Origin: Saccostrea cucullata
Lineage: Eukaryota
Length of the DNA stretch: 64,000 nucleotides
Reading direction: 5' to 3'
Assembly: GCF_032062105.1 (NCBI RefSeq)
Contig: NW_026932470.1
Span: 186,001-250,000 of the forward strand
Position numbers and translations under genes: made by a program. The notes beneath the pieces were generated by a model. It saw only the letters and a program-made list of their open reading frames with translations. It was not told the DNA's origin and ran no database searches. Below are positions 1-12,915 of this stretch, one piece after another (position 1 is the first letter of the stretch; each line of letters begins with the position of its first letter).

Positions 1-3000
1 GTACATCAAATGGACCAAAGTTCCCAAACGCTTCCCAGATTGTCTTTCCGTCATCGTCCTGTTCCACAAAACGAACCTGGATATCATCTACAAAGTAAAC
101 AATACAGATACTCATTATATTTGCAGAAATAAACCAAACTAAACCAAAACAGGCATTGTGTTACATAGCATCCTTATAATTAATCTTTTAAAAGCATGTA
201 CATGTATATTATTTGATAAACAGAATTTTTATGCAAAACAGCCAAGGCTTGGTTTTGAGCTCATTTTATGGTGGAGAAAATTGATCTTTAGCTTTTCCAG
301 ATGACCTTAGTAAAGATATAAGGAAATTAGGAAACAATGTTACAATATGTTCGTTTCAAAGCTGACCTTTTTGCACTCTTTCACACAGTAGAAAGACCTC
401 TTCATTTCCAGTACAGCAGCCTCCATATTTGTCCATACGACAGATCTTCAAGGCATTGGCTCCAGGGGCCTCTAGAAAAAGGATTGTCAAGATAAAAATT
501 ATGTTTTCCCTTATTTCAAATCAATTTTCAGTTCATTGTGTGTATAAACATACTACAGATCATGCTACATAAAAGCTAAATTGTTTTAAGCGAACATATT
601 ATCATATGAATATGTGTACTCTAACATTTTTAATGAAAGCAAACATTATTCCAGTTTATACTTACACTAATATCATCAACCAACGGAATTTATAACCCAA
701 TCATTGACTCCCTGAGGATGATTCCCTGTATGTTATGGTAATACTTACTGCTGTCGTATATAGCCGTAGACAGTACAGGTGGGAGGAGGTGGAAGTTTTT
801 GCCGCTCTCGTCGCGGAGATAAGCCTGGAAGCACAGCTTAACCACATTCAGCTGCATGTCTTTGGCTAACTGACTGGCCTGACTGCTAGCCTGGCTTTTT
901 TCATCATCTTCAAAGTTCAAATTGGGACATGTTAGGTAATAAAACATAAACGGATTGGACAGCAGGCATTGCCTTTGTAAGCCCTCTCTACAGTGGAAAG
1001 GGCATCATAAAAGTTATATTTGCATTGCAATAATATGAAAAAAAGATTTAAAAAAAAAACTTTTCTTTGAATGCATAAATTATAAACTTTACTTTTCATT
1101 ATCTTTTTTATTAAGCGAAAAAGATTTTGAACATTTTGAAAATACAGTTGAACTTAGGTATCTCCAGAACTGATACCATGATTACCACAGACAAGCCAAA
1201 GTTAACCTGAAGTTCCAGTCACTAATTCTTTAAGTAGAATTTCATCTAATTTAATGAGTACGGTATACATGTATATTACTATATATATTTTTATGCCCCC
1301 ATAATCAAAGATTCAGGGGTATATAGGTTTTGCCCTGTCCATCCGTCTGTCTGTCTTTCTGTCCGCCTCTTTGTCTGCAAAACTTTAACCGTGCTCATAA
1401 GATTTGAGTGGGTGGGGCTACAGCTTTCATATTTCACAGGTGTATTCCTTGTCGCAAGACCTTCCTTTGGATACCAACAATTTTGACCTTTTGACCTTAA
1501 AGCTTAAACTTTCGAGTTTGACATGCATTTTGAGAAAATCCAATCCTCACCATAAGGTGCCATACAGTGCTTCACAAACACATCTTGTTTTTCTTCTTTT
1601 ACCTGATAAATCCGTTTGGGCGTTGAGATTTCCTAGTTTGACTTGTTTATCGAGTTTCATGGACTCTAGTATTCTGTACTCTATCACCTCACTGGCCTTT
1701 CTTCTGGTCACATGCTGAATACACAAGTTTGGAAATCTAAAAGGGAATGACAGGCAAATGTCATAACTTGTATAACACAGATCTGACAGTGTGGGAGAGA
1801 ATACAATTTTTGAACTATAATAACCCCTGGCCCTAGGGGGTCTTGAATCCACACTAGTCTAGTACATTGTAATGATCATGCCTTCTTTTCTGACTCAGTG
1901 GTCATGGTGGTTCAGGGAAAGAATCCTTCGCCTTGCTAATTATTTAGCAATAATATTATCATGAAGTACATCAAGGGTTTACAGAAAATCTAGGAATTAT
2001 TAATTTTGAATATTTCCATTTAAAAAATCTTTTAAGTTTGAACAGAATTCACAATAAAGAGTTTATGCAATTGTATAACAAGAAGATTTAATTCCTTAAA
2101 ACAAGTGCAAATTCCCAATAAAACCTCTTTCTTTAGATTAATATACAACCTTAGAATTTTAAATTCTTCCTTATACAAGATATTAAAAACAATTTCACAG
2201 GCATTTTTCCTTTTTATATCAGAATTACTGGGAACTATCAAATCACTTTCTTTAATGTGTTACTTAAATAGACACGTGATTCAATGTCGACTTACGTGAC
2301 TGTGTTCTGGTTGGGCTTTAATTCGACAATACACGATCCATTCGAACAGTTTTTGCCCACCAGTTTGTGAGCATGAGGCTTAGGGATTGCTTCATTTGTC
2401 ACCAAACTGACCACAATACGAGCTGATCCACTGTAGTTTCGTATCTGTTTAAAAAAAATAAGTTTATTCATTTTAAATACATTATTAGAGGGCTTATTGT
2501 TATCTGGTATAATATATTCATATTTTTACAATCAGTGACAGTTAGTTGTTAGGAACCAAATTGAAATGTACACTTTAATCTAATTACAGAACATTTAATT
2601 TTGAGACAAACCCTGATGGAGGGAAATGTTTTCCTGTATTTCTCGCTCTTCTCTCCCTGGAGTCCCCCATGAGATGGTCCCTCACATTCGTATCGGAATC
2701 GGAATCCCCGGGCCTGAGGCTGCTCAACAATCTCTACATATGGCTCTATTAAAAATTAACACATCGTAAAAATTATTATCAAAAGAACTTTCATAGAAAA
2801 ATTAATACATATGTTTCACGGAAAATGAGCTTTGTTTAAGGAAGGCTGGAGGATAGTGGAGATTCTATGTATAGTATATCATGTTCATGTTCATGTTTTA
2901 ACCATCTGAAAGGTGGTGATATGTAATACTAAGTATATCAATTTAATGTTAATTTACCATCCGTTGGGTGGTGGTACTCTGAGATTATCCCCCCATTATG

Positions 3001-3054
3001 ATCCATTTTCACCATGGGATTCTCCACAGAGTCATAAGAATCATCATGCTCCAT
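1..3054 (-). CDS. NFKB1: NF-kappa-B class I (p105/p100/Relish-like), N-terminal Rel homology region; continues beyond window start
   Basis: GT-AG exons in consistent phase: 3054-2958, 2745-2612 ([30 protein letters not shown]), 2444-2296 (HAHKLVGK), 1736-1603 ([11 protein letters not shown]), 907-749 ([20 protein letters not shown]), 471-367 ([27 protein letters not shown]), 87-1 (DDIQVRF..WEAFGNF). GPSHGGL is the p50/p52-class signature. The symbol denotes the class only. Confidence 0.93.
1290..1589 (+). mobile_element. Short non-autonomous Helentron/HINE-like element in NF-kB intron
   Basis: Starts ttttatgcccc..ggggtatatag, followed by a (gtct/gtcc) microsatellite and gaccttt motifs; ends cacaaacacatcttgtt. 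A related copy lies at about 57997-58540. Confidence 0.65.
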
Positions 3055-3821
3055 TGTCTGAAAAACAGTGATGTAAGTAAAAAGGTCTCAGGGAAGTTAA
3101 AGATTGTAAAGTGGAAGGTCTAAGAGACTTGAAGAGATGTAAATGTATGGGAAATTATCCCATTCAAGTGGGAGTGAGAGTAGTAGGAGACTTAAGAGTG
3201 GGAAGAATGTGGAATTATATGGGAAGTAGTATTGTTCAAGTATTGAACAAGCTAATTCAGAGAATTCGTGTTAGGGAAAAAGAGAATTTGTAGAATTATT
3301 AAATGTATACATGTATACTGAAGCAAATAAAATATATGTATGTCAATATGCATATAAAGATTTGATTGCTTATGCTTCATTGTGTATATAGAAGATTTTT
3401 TTATATGGAATTTTTATCACACTGTAATGATGTGAGAGACCCCTCATGTTTGAAGCGAGACATATCCACTAGACCACGGAGCTTAACATGGGAAGTATAT
3501 GCAGAAGTGAAGTCACATACATGTATATATTCATGTTTTCATGTTCGGTATTCTCAAAATTTTACACAATCCATGGTGTTTGATTTATTTAACCTTTATT
3601 AAACAGTTCTAATAGATGTTATAAGAACATAAAGTCCGCCGAGAACCTGTTTTATACGCAATAAAGCTAAAAATAGGACATGTAGTACTATAAATACTAA
3701 TAAAACAAACGGGGCGGGGCACTTTGAGGGCGAGAGACGTCCTAGGGAGTTTTGATATAAAATTACATTGCATAAGCTCAAAATCTTCTTGAAATATCGC
3801 CCGGAAATAATAGTATTACAC

Positions 3822-4174
3822 ACAGAGAGAATGTATAAATTTACGACCTTGAACTTTTTTCAAGATCAAAATTATTAGGCCACAGGGAGTTGTTATATAA
3901 AATTTCATACCAATAACTCAAATGGGAAATTGTGGAAACGAAATTGTTTTAACAGACAGAATTTGCTTATTTATGACCTTGACCTTTGACCTTTTGACCT
4001 CAAAATCAATAGGGGTCTTCTTTAGTCTACAGGGAGTTGCTATGCTAAATTTCATTGCAAAAGCTCAAAGGGTTCTCGAGATATCGTGTGGAAACGAAAG
4101 CGTTACAGACAGACAGAAAGACGGACGGACAAACCCAAATTAATATCCCCCACTTTTCAAGTGGGGGACAAAAA
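3822..4174 (-). mobile_element. HINE-like element fragment
   Basis: tgaccttgacc motifs, (acag/acgg) microsatellite and terminal hairpin cccccacttttcaagtggggg. Related to about 59545-60130. Confidence 0.55.
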
Positions 4175-4465
4175 GTGGTTAACAAAAATAGGTGAAAATC
4201 GGGCAAGAAAAAGCCATTGAACTGCTGATTGTTGCCTGAAGAATCACATTTTTGCCTCAAAATTATCTGATAGTTGGTCTTCTTTGGAAATTGGACTAGT
4301 TTTAGACAAGATAAGGCAAAGAAATAATTTTTAAATGATGGCTTTACAGTAAAATCTAATGAACCAGGGATGCACAGCTCATTGTAGAGCTAGTCATGAT
4401 CTGAAACAATATGCTATGTCATGTTTTACTGATAAGTTCAGTGTGCAGAAAGAAACAAAACCAAA

Positions 4466-4797
4466 TTAAGGTCAGACGACACGTTTCTAAAATATATGTT
4501 TTGTATCTCTTGGTATTATATGAAAAAAAAATAATTCAAATTCGTCATTCTCTTCTGATATCTACATCGTTTTAAAAATATTTCTAAATATAAGTACACC
4601 AAAAATTGTAATATAGGCCATTCAGAAAATAAGGGTTATATATAAGAAATATGACCCTGTGGTATCTTGTGAGTTGTCCAAATACCTGGTAAGGTACCCT
4701 AGTTTTTTGTGAGGAAACTTGTTAAAGTACCTGGACTTCAATGACAAATTCTTAGAAAAAATTATATATTTTTTAGGAATGTGTCGCCTGACCTTAA
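4466..4797. mobile_element. MITE with TTAA target duplication (Kolobok-like)
   Basis: TTAA-ggtcagacgacacgtttcta ... taggaatgtgtcgcctgacc-TTAA, imperfect TIRs of about 20 bp, GG..CC termini. Confidence 0.75.
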
Positions 4798-5587
4798 AAC
4801 CAAATCAAGGAGGGCAAATGTTTCAGCTGACTTACACAGTAACTGGTGTTCTTTCACGAAAATTTCGAAACTAAATGATTATTTACACAAATTACACACA
4901 AATTTTTAATATGCCTTTGCCTTTAGAATCATCACAGATATGTTTATAATAAATCCTCTATTTACGGTATTTGTATCCCAAATCTGAGACCTTGCACTTT
5001 TGGATGGGTTATGATGTCTAGTAGCTAACGGTCAAGGTTAGCCATACTTTCTTCTATCTAACACTAGCACAGGCCTGACATGTCCTCTGTTATCTCTTGG
5101 TTATTAAAAAAAAATCCTAACATAATTAAAAACGATGAAATCAGTTCTATCTGATTTATAAAACATTCCGAAAGAAATTAACATAAACAATGATAATTAT
5201 CGACATTTACTGATGCATTTACCACACAAAGTTGATGTTTACTAATTTGTGAATATCATAAACAACATTTTTATTATTAATCATCTCTGGAACCATTTTC
5301 AGAAAATATGATTGACAAGTTGCCTCCCTTGAAAGTAACATTATTGTCTTATTTTAAATGCTTAAATACAAACAGGAACCAGAAAGAAACGTTGTTTATT
5401 ATTATTAATCCGTTAAGATTATAAATATTGCCCTCTAGTAATATACAGAACTTGTTTTCTTACTGATCGATGTGCATTACAAGATGCGCTATAAATAGAT
5501 TCACAAGCTATTACAAATGTGCGTTTTAGGCTTGAATGTCTGATTAACACGCGATGAATTGTGGTTAAAATGTTAAAAAGGACTCAC

Positions 5588-5745
5588 CTCTAACTAAATA
5601 CCGAAAGAAATTTCAGTATATGTCATTTAAAGCTTTGAGTTTTCGTTGTTTTCCTTCGTGATATCTTTCTTTTAAAAGCATATGGAAATCCCAAAATTAG
5701 GGAATTTCCCTTTCCTTTCTATTGGATGATTTGGTCACGTGGAAA
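5588..5745 (-). promoter_or_regulatory. NF-kB non-coding first exon and promoter with two kB sites, CCAAT box and E-box
   Basis: Donor GAG|GTGAGT at 5588; GGGATTTCCA (5692-5683); GGGAATTTCCC (5700-5710); CCAAT (5725-5721); CACGTG (5736-5741). Confidence 0.7.
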
Positions 5746-8599
5746 ACATCAAGCTCTGCTGCGCGCTTTGTTTTAAAGTCATCACACTGCCATGCTACAG
5801 ATGAAAATTTCCTTTAAAACCGCTGTGACAGTAGGTCTCATTAAAGGACTCCATTATTTGAAGAAACTTATAAGGACATTACTGTTTTCATGCAGTCTGA
5901 CAAAAATGACTGGAACAAACTTTGGAAAGTGTGACAGGGCAACCACTTGACCAGACGCACTGCTATGGAACTCCATAGCTGCCATATCTGGGAATGAAAT
6001 GCTTTGAAGAGTGCACTAACATGTAATTTTTCCCCTATTGTATATTCACTTATATAGATCACACAGACATCATATCCTTAAAGGGGAGGAGCTTCTTTTT
6101 TGAAAAGATAGACACAATATACATATAGGCTTGCCTTTTTTGTTTGTTTTCCCCTTTTCAATTTGCTTGCCTATTCTCAAATACTAGTATCTGACATTTT
6201 CCATGCTCTTTAATGAATTTGATATTTCATGTGCCAGGCATGTAAAATATCAAAATCGTAAAAAAGCCTAAAAAAACCGTCATATTTTGGACTTACCCTA
6301 TCATTTGCCTATGGATCATCTAGACTCAGTTGAACTGTTGTCCACCTCAGATGTCTGTATATATCTCTCCATCTCAAATTAGGAGAGACACACTTTATTA
6401 TGTCCCAACTGTTTCAAACAAAAAGCTATAATACATGACTTTTGCAAGAAGCACTGAAGTTTACAGTCGACAGCTTACTTTGAGATTTTTAAAAACATAT
6501 GTTATATACAGGGGTAAGGAACTGATAATAGATAATTAAACCTTATAGTGGATGGAGCTATGCTGTTAGGGGCAGTAACATGAATTACCTATATGCAGAA
6601 CACAGAAAATCTGCTAGGAGACATTATATAACTTTAAAATATTTCATTTGATAGTATTAAAGTGTCTGCTTTCAATTCCATTTTCTAAAGGAATCAAGTG
6701 CAGAACAAAATATTCTGAAAGAAAAACAGCAGAAGTTAGATGAGATGGGAAGAAAAGGGGTTGAGGATAGGGTGATGGTTTTTCTTTCCTTGATATATAA
6801 TACATGTATATTTAATTAACTTTTAAGCTAAGTATTTATATCACAAAAGAAAATTCATACATTATAATGACCCATATTAGTCTAAATTTAAGCTGTTGAT
6901 TATAAAAGTCAAGAGTTCTAGCAAAAGTCAATTGAAATCTGAAAGTGTGACTATTTTTTGTACACCTAAGTATGACAATAGTATTCCCATTTAAAAAGTA
7001 TTCTCCTGTTCATAAATGAAGGGGAACAAATATGATGATAGACATTTTTTTTTTTTTAGAAATTTAACATATATTGTCACATGAAGTCTCCCAACTTCCT
7101 GAAATCTAGGCTAATAATGATAACAGAATGAGTAGGATGCATGTGGATGTCAAATATGTACTGATGGGGAAAAACTGCAAGGAAGCGTAACATCTGGGAA
7201 ATTATAAGGCCTAAGAGGGCTGCAACTGGGATGATACTTATACATTTTTTTTTCAAATATCAATATGTTTCACAAAATTTGAGCCAGAATATGATATGTG
7301 TCATGAACTGATATTTTGAAATGGTTATAAAATCTTATTTTTGTATTGAAATGAACAAAACTATAAAAACATTTCTTCACAATTGTGAATAATTCATTTA
7401 AATACCAGTAATAGTGAAGAAAAAAAAATAGAGTTACCTCTTAAATTCCTTTAACTTTTTGCTGAAGAAAAATACCCACTTAAAATTTTAAAATAAGATT
7501 GCTTTACTTGCCTGTCACTATTAAAAATAACCTGTTTTATACTATTGTAGCAGGTCTGGTGTTCATATAGCCTGTACTTCGCGTTGTGTTTATTTTTTTG
7601 TTTTGAGACGACTTTCTGAATATAAGACCTCTACATTAGATTATACCTTGGAAATATTTGTAAATTGTAATGAACTATAAAAGAAAATAAGATTAACAAG
7701 ACTTTACAATTTATTACCAATCTTACAGTACGTTATAATAGTACACAATATGAAGACCTTAATTCCCAAACCCAAATATGGCCTAACTTAACCCAAATAT
7801 AGTCTAACCTAAGTAGTAATATAATTTAATTAAGACAGATGAACAAGGGACGATTCCAGTATATGAAGAGTTTAGCTAGCGAAACCAGCTGTCTCCCTCC
7901 CCGATCTAATAGTTGCATAGCTTTATATATGAAAAAGGAACAAAAGAAACTGTCAAAAACCTTATTGGCCGAAAGATAAAAGTGGGCGTTTCCAAATAAA
8001 ACGTGGACAATTTACATCGGGATCGAAATGTAATAATTATGAAAACGTAAATAAACCTAATCTGTCACACTATTTTGAGTAAATTTCATGAGACCTGCAG
8101 TCCAGAATATTTTTAATAGTAATGGGAAGTAACTTGAATTGCTTATCATGTAATCTTATGATAAAAATACAATGCTTTCAAGTCGCAGTTTAAACTACAT
8201 GTTGTTCACAGTATAGGGATATATCATTGATTGAGGAAGAAGTGTTAAAAGTTGCAATTCCTACTATTTTAATCAGATTTCAGTAGTTACCAGGGGGAGT
8301 AGGATCAAACTTATTTCAGTACCAATTTTTTTTACCACTTAACCTTCTTTGACTACACTGCCACTTGTACCTGCATGTTCTAAGCCCTTTGTTAAGTAAA
8401 AATAATAGAGCTTCAGTCCTGTTACAGACTTTTGCTTTTTGTACATAGCCATTTTGTTTGATCTTCAATATATTTTGGTTAAATGGAATTTTTTCACAAG
8501 AGTCATTAGTGCTAGCTGATGAAATGTTTAAAAAACAGTTATAACCTCCCTAAATAGGGCGTGTTTATTTACATTGTTGGGGGTATTTTCAGACGGAAT

Positions 8600-11500
8600 G
8601 TATAGACAGTTATGACAGATGTTGCTGATTGGGCGGCCAGCCTCCGGTGTGACTTCAGGTCATTTCCCCGTACACCTGCAGTTTCCATTTCAACCAGAAC
8701 AAGCCTACATATTTCTACAGTGCACAGAACAAGTTCTCACGATTTACTGGTGAGTATTTCTCCATGTCAAAGCTTGTTAAAGTCGTAGTAATCTCAAAGG
8801 CACAATATGGAAATTCTAATAGCATATTTTTATTGTAAGTTTATAGCTGTTCCATTATAATGAGATTTAAATACATATAATGATTTAAAAATACTTTCAG
8901 CACTAGTGAAAGAGAATTTAATTAAATTGTGAGATTTTAAAAAAAGGTAATAATATTAAATCATTTAATACCGGTAAATTTCCTGCAGCATCAGCAAATA
9001 CATGTTTGAATAGCATTTGAAACATTTATCAATGCTCTGTACTGAATGTACTTTGAAAAAAAAAAATTTTAACAATTAATTACTGTTTCGTTTAGAATGC
9101 TTTTGATTGGAATACTTAAAGTGATCAGGCTGACAAGCAAGATTACCACTGGTCCTGCAGAAGGTCTGAAATGTCTGATGAAGTCAGCAATTTTAGTGAT
9201 TTATAATTGTCTTTTTTTTCCAGGGGTAAATTAAATTTATAAATTGTGGAAACACTGAGGAAAAAAATACCCTATAATTGAAAAGAATTTAATATAATAT
9301 AAAGCTTAACATGTGTGTCTGGTCATTTATCAGGAGTGTGGGGGTTAAGCAAATAGATATTTACCATGAAATGCCCCACTGATAGAAGTTTAAATAGGTT
9401 TAAATACTGCATTTCAAGAGTTGCCTGGATTGTTCAAGAGTTGCTTATAAAAAGGTCATAGATCATCCTGACCAGTCTCAAATGAACACAACACACATCC
9501 TATAAATCTTACCTAAGAGATAAAATGTATAGATATTTAATAGTGCTGCATGAAATGAGGATTTTAGATATGGGCCAGAAAAAGACCTCAATTCAAACAG
9601 CTATTTTCAGTCAAAAATGTTAATTATATGAATTATTTTTATGCTTTATAAATTCAGTCTTTGTTAGTTTACCAGTGTCTTAAATTTAATATGTTGCCAT
9701 ACTAAAAAATCTGAATCTTTTTGGCATCAGATACACTGTAGTACAGTTAAGTAAGGGGAAGTAACTGAATTCTCTTTATATACTAGTGCAGGCTTTTTAA
9801 TGCAACTTCAAGGATTAATTGAGCATTAAAAATTGTGTGGGATGATCAAGGCATACTTTTTTCATTTATTTAAATAGATGAGAATAAAACCAGAATATTT
9901 TGTATTTAAAAGCGTGAAAACTTTATTGAATCATTAAAAGTTGTTCCAAGGTGACAAATTATCACAGCTAGGTCATTGAATGCTATAAGTGATTAACTAT
10001 ATTAAAGGTACACTCGCCAAAATAGCTAGTTATATTATCTTAAAATCTGGCTTCATCATCAAAAACCAGGATAATTCTTCAAATTGATGCAGGAAAAAGG
10101 AAATTTGATTTGTATGTATAGTCAAGGTCTCTGATGGTATAATTGTGTTGACCGTAAAGTGAACTACTAATTTACATCAACAGATGAAAGAATATTTAGA
10201 ATCCTACTGCACGGGCTTCATCAGAGGGGAAGAGTAAGCTGATATGAATGTTTAGCAGAGTTTCTGTGTACCATTATACTGCATGGTAAATTAATTTGGG
10301 TATTTTAAGAGTCAGTTTTCTGAAGAAAAACATTGACATGCTATTATACTGCAGACAGATCGGTGTTGGTTTATCAGAGCTCGGGAACTGTTAGTCTCAT
10401 TTTGTGATGAAAAACTGGTAAAGCATTGGTTTGTTTGTTTTAGGATGGGAAACATGTGACAGCCTGGCTGGTGAACTGGTGAGTGTGGGGTCACGACCCG
10501 GCCAATTTATGTCGTGTTGGTAAATATTGGACAAAGCTTGATAAGGAGATTCTGACACTGTGACACAGGGTGGCGTACTCTTGTGTATGGTCAGATTGTC
10601 AAGTGGTCTGGGGCTATTTTCACAACAAAGGTTTGAATTATTTAAATGAAAGCGATTCTTTCCTGCTTATTAAATTTCAAAATATTTCTCAATGAAATTT
10701 AAATGGGAGTTTCTGCTTAAAACATGATGTATGGTTTTTATTTATTATAAAAATTGTCTACAGCAGGTAAGTTTGATTAGCTAGCAGGATCAGGCGATAT
10801 TACCTATTGACGTAATAATTCAGCCAAAATTCATACTAGTACATGCATTTGTATTTAAAATGACTCAGCTTTTGATTGCACTCAAAACTGTTAACAGCAT
10901 TTAATGAGGAGTTAATGTATCCCATGGCTAATTGATGTAAAATATATAAAATAATTTTTTTAAACTTTGAGGGAAAAAATATTTCAAATATTTGAATAGG
11001 GATCAGATTAAATTAACATATTTTTCCACTTTTTCTTTCATTGATGCCACCAGGGATATGGTTCATTATAAATGTCCTTTCCTTGTAAAATAATAAATTT
11101 GACTAAAAAAAAATTGATTGGGTTGTGTGACCTTTTATAGAAAGCCTGTTTGACACCCTGTGGTGCAGTATAACTGTTCTCAGTCTCTGGGGACAATGGG
11201 TGACAATGGACTATCAGATACCTTATTGGTGCGTGATTCTCTGCCAGCAGGCTATAACCCTCTTCACCTGTAGGCCCATCAACACAGGGTGAATGCCTCC
11301 TCAATGGGGACTAAATCCCCCTGTTTTCATGCTAACAAAGAATAGAAGGTCCAGTTCCAAAGTTTGTCTCTAATTTGTAACAGGATTTCGTGGTTGGTGA
11401 TACTTGAGTGACCATTAAAAGCAACTTTGTTGCTGTGGAGAAAACAAATACGGCAATGAAAGCAGGGGTTGAACACTCAGTTTAGAAATGAGAAACAGTA

Positions 11501-12915
11501 AGATGAGTGAAATATAAAATGTGGTTAAGGGTCTTAACAATTGTTTAGTGATCAAATTTTATCACCCATTGAAAATATACTTAAGATTTATGGGGCTGCA
11601 ATTTTAACCTTATAAAGTCAGTTGGATTTGATGGCCCAGGCCTATATTACAAAGGGATTAACTAAAATAGGGAAAAGTAGCAAAAATTATTACCTTCAAA
11701 ACTCATAAAAATTGATATTCTTTCATGAGTAAACAAATGTTTGACAGCTTTAACACTTAACCCTTATAAACTATATGAGTACATGTACTATTGTATTCAA
11801 GCAGATTCATAAAAACATATGAATGTATGAGCCTTGATTGAGAACAGATCTTGAATGAGGAGGCACCCTTTTGTAGTGGGAAGGTCAAGTACTATATTTA
11901 TTTGCACTCAAACATTTTTTGTAGGTTTTAGGTTCAGTGGTCCCTCATTCTTTTCTGTGAAAAAATTTTAATTAAATCATACTTTAGAAAAAAGCATGAA
12001 AAACAATTTTACTGCCATGTATGGGAGGGCACACAGATTATTTCTTAAATAATAATTTATAATCATGATAATGGTGCAAATATATGTCAAACCAAGACTT
12101 CGTATAGCACTGTTTTTTTTATTTAACAATGTTACTTGGGAATGCTCTAATTATGAGAATTTAATACTTAAGTTTAAAGAAATTAAGTACATGTGCAGCG
12201 AAATAGGTTGCATGACTTATAGAAATTCAATTTTTCTTGTTACGGTATTTCATTTTGATTGTAATAAATAAGCATTTTGACAAAGACTCTGGTCAACATC
12301 TAATACATTTAAAGAATAATCAAGTGAAAGTATAATAGAATATCATGGCATGTGAGTTTATGCTTAATTAAGCTGTATGAAAAGAAAGGTGTTTTATCTT
12401 TTTCATTAACGGATACTGTTACATTTAATATATGCCACTGCACTGTAATTTGTTGCTTGCTCCCTCTAATTTCACTGGAGATTTTGGTTACATCTCTTAA
12501 TTCACCTCTTGGAGATTTATCAAATATAGGGTTAGAGTGCTTAATGCAGAATTTTTTTTGTCAACTGTGAAACAAATTAAATGTGTTAATACTTCTGAAA
12601 GATTAAAAACCACTCTCTGTTTGTAACCCCTTGAACTTTGAGGTTATTTAAATACACAGTCACAGTGTTTACAATTAAAGAGGCATTTTAAGTAAGTTGT
12701 AATAGGTCGGCTTTGTTAAAGCTCAGAGGGAATCTTGTAGCTTTTTTTTATTACGATATTAAACATTTACATACAGGCTTACCCTGGGAACACTAAGTGG
12801 AATGGAGCTAGCTGATTGGTTGAATGTGTGGGCTTGCCTGATCTCCTGATACTCTGATCGTGGGCAGCATAGCGCACATTGGGGATTGAGGATATAAACA
12901 CAAATACAGTGAGTT
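8600..12915 (+). promoter_or_regulatory. Candidate alternative promoters and non-coding first exons of the GalNAc-transferase
   Basis: GC-richer islands ending in GTGAGT donors near 8750, 10479 and 12909, two of them preceded by GCTGATTGG (inverted CCAAT). An acceptor ttttgtag at 16793 lies just upstream of the ATG. Confidence 0.4.

Noticed and set aside
3085-3293. Purine-rich stretch and 60-aa ORF
   Set aside because: Low-complexity intronic sequence with no clear period or homology.
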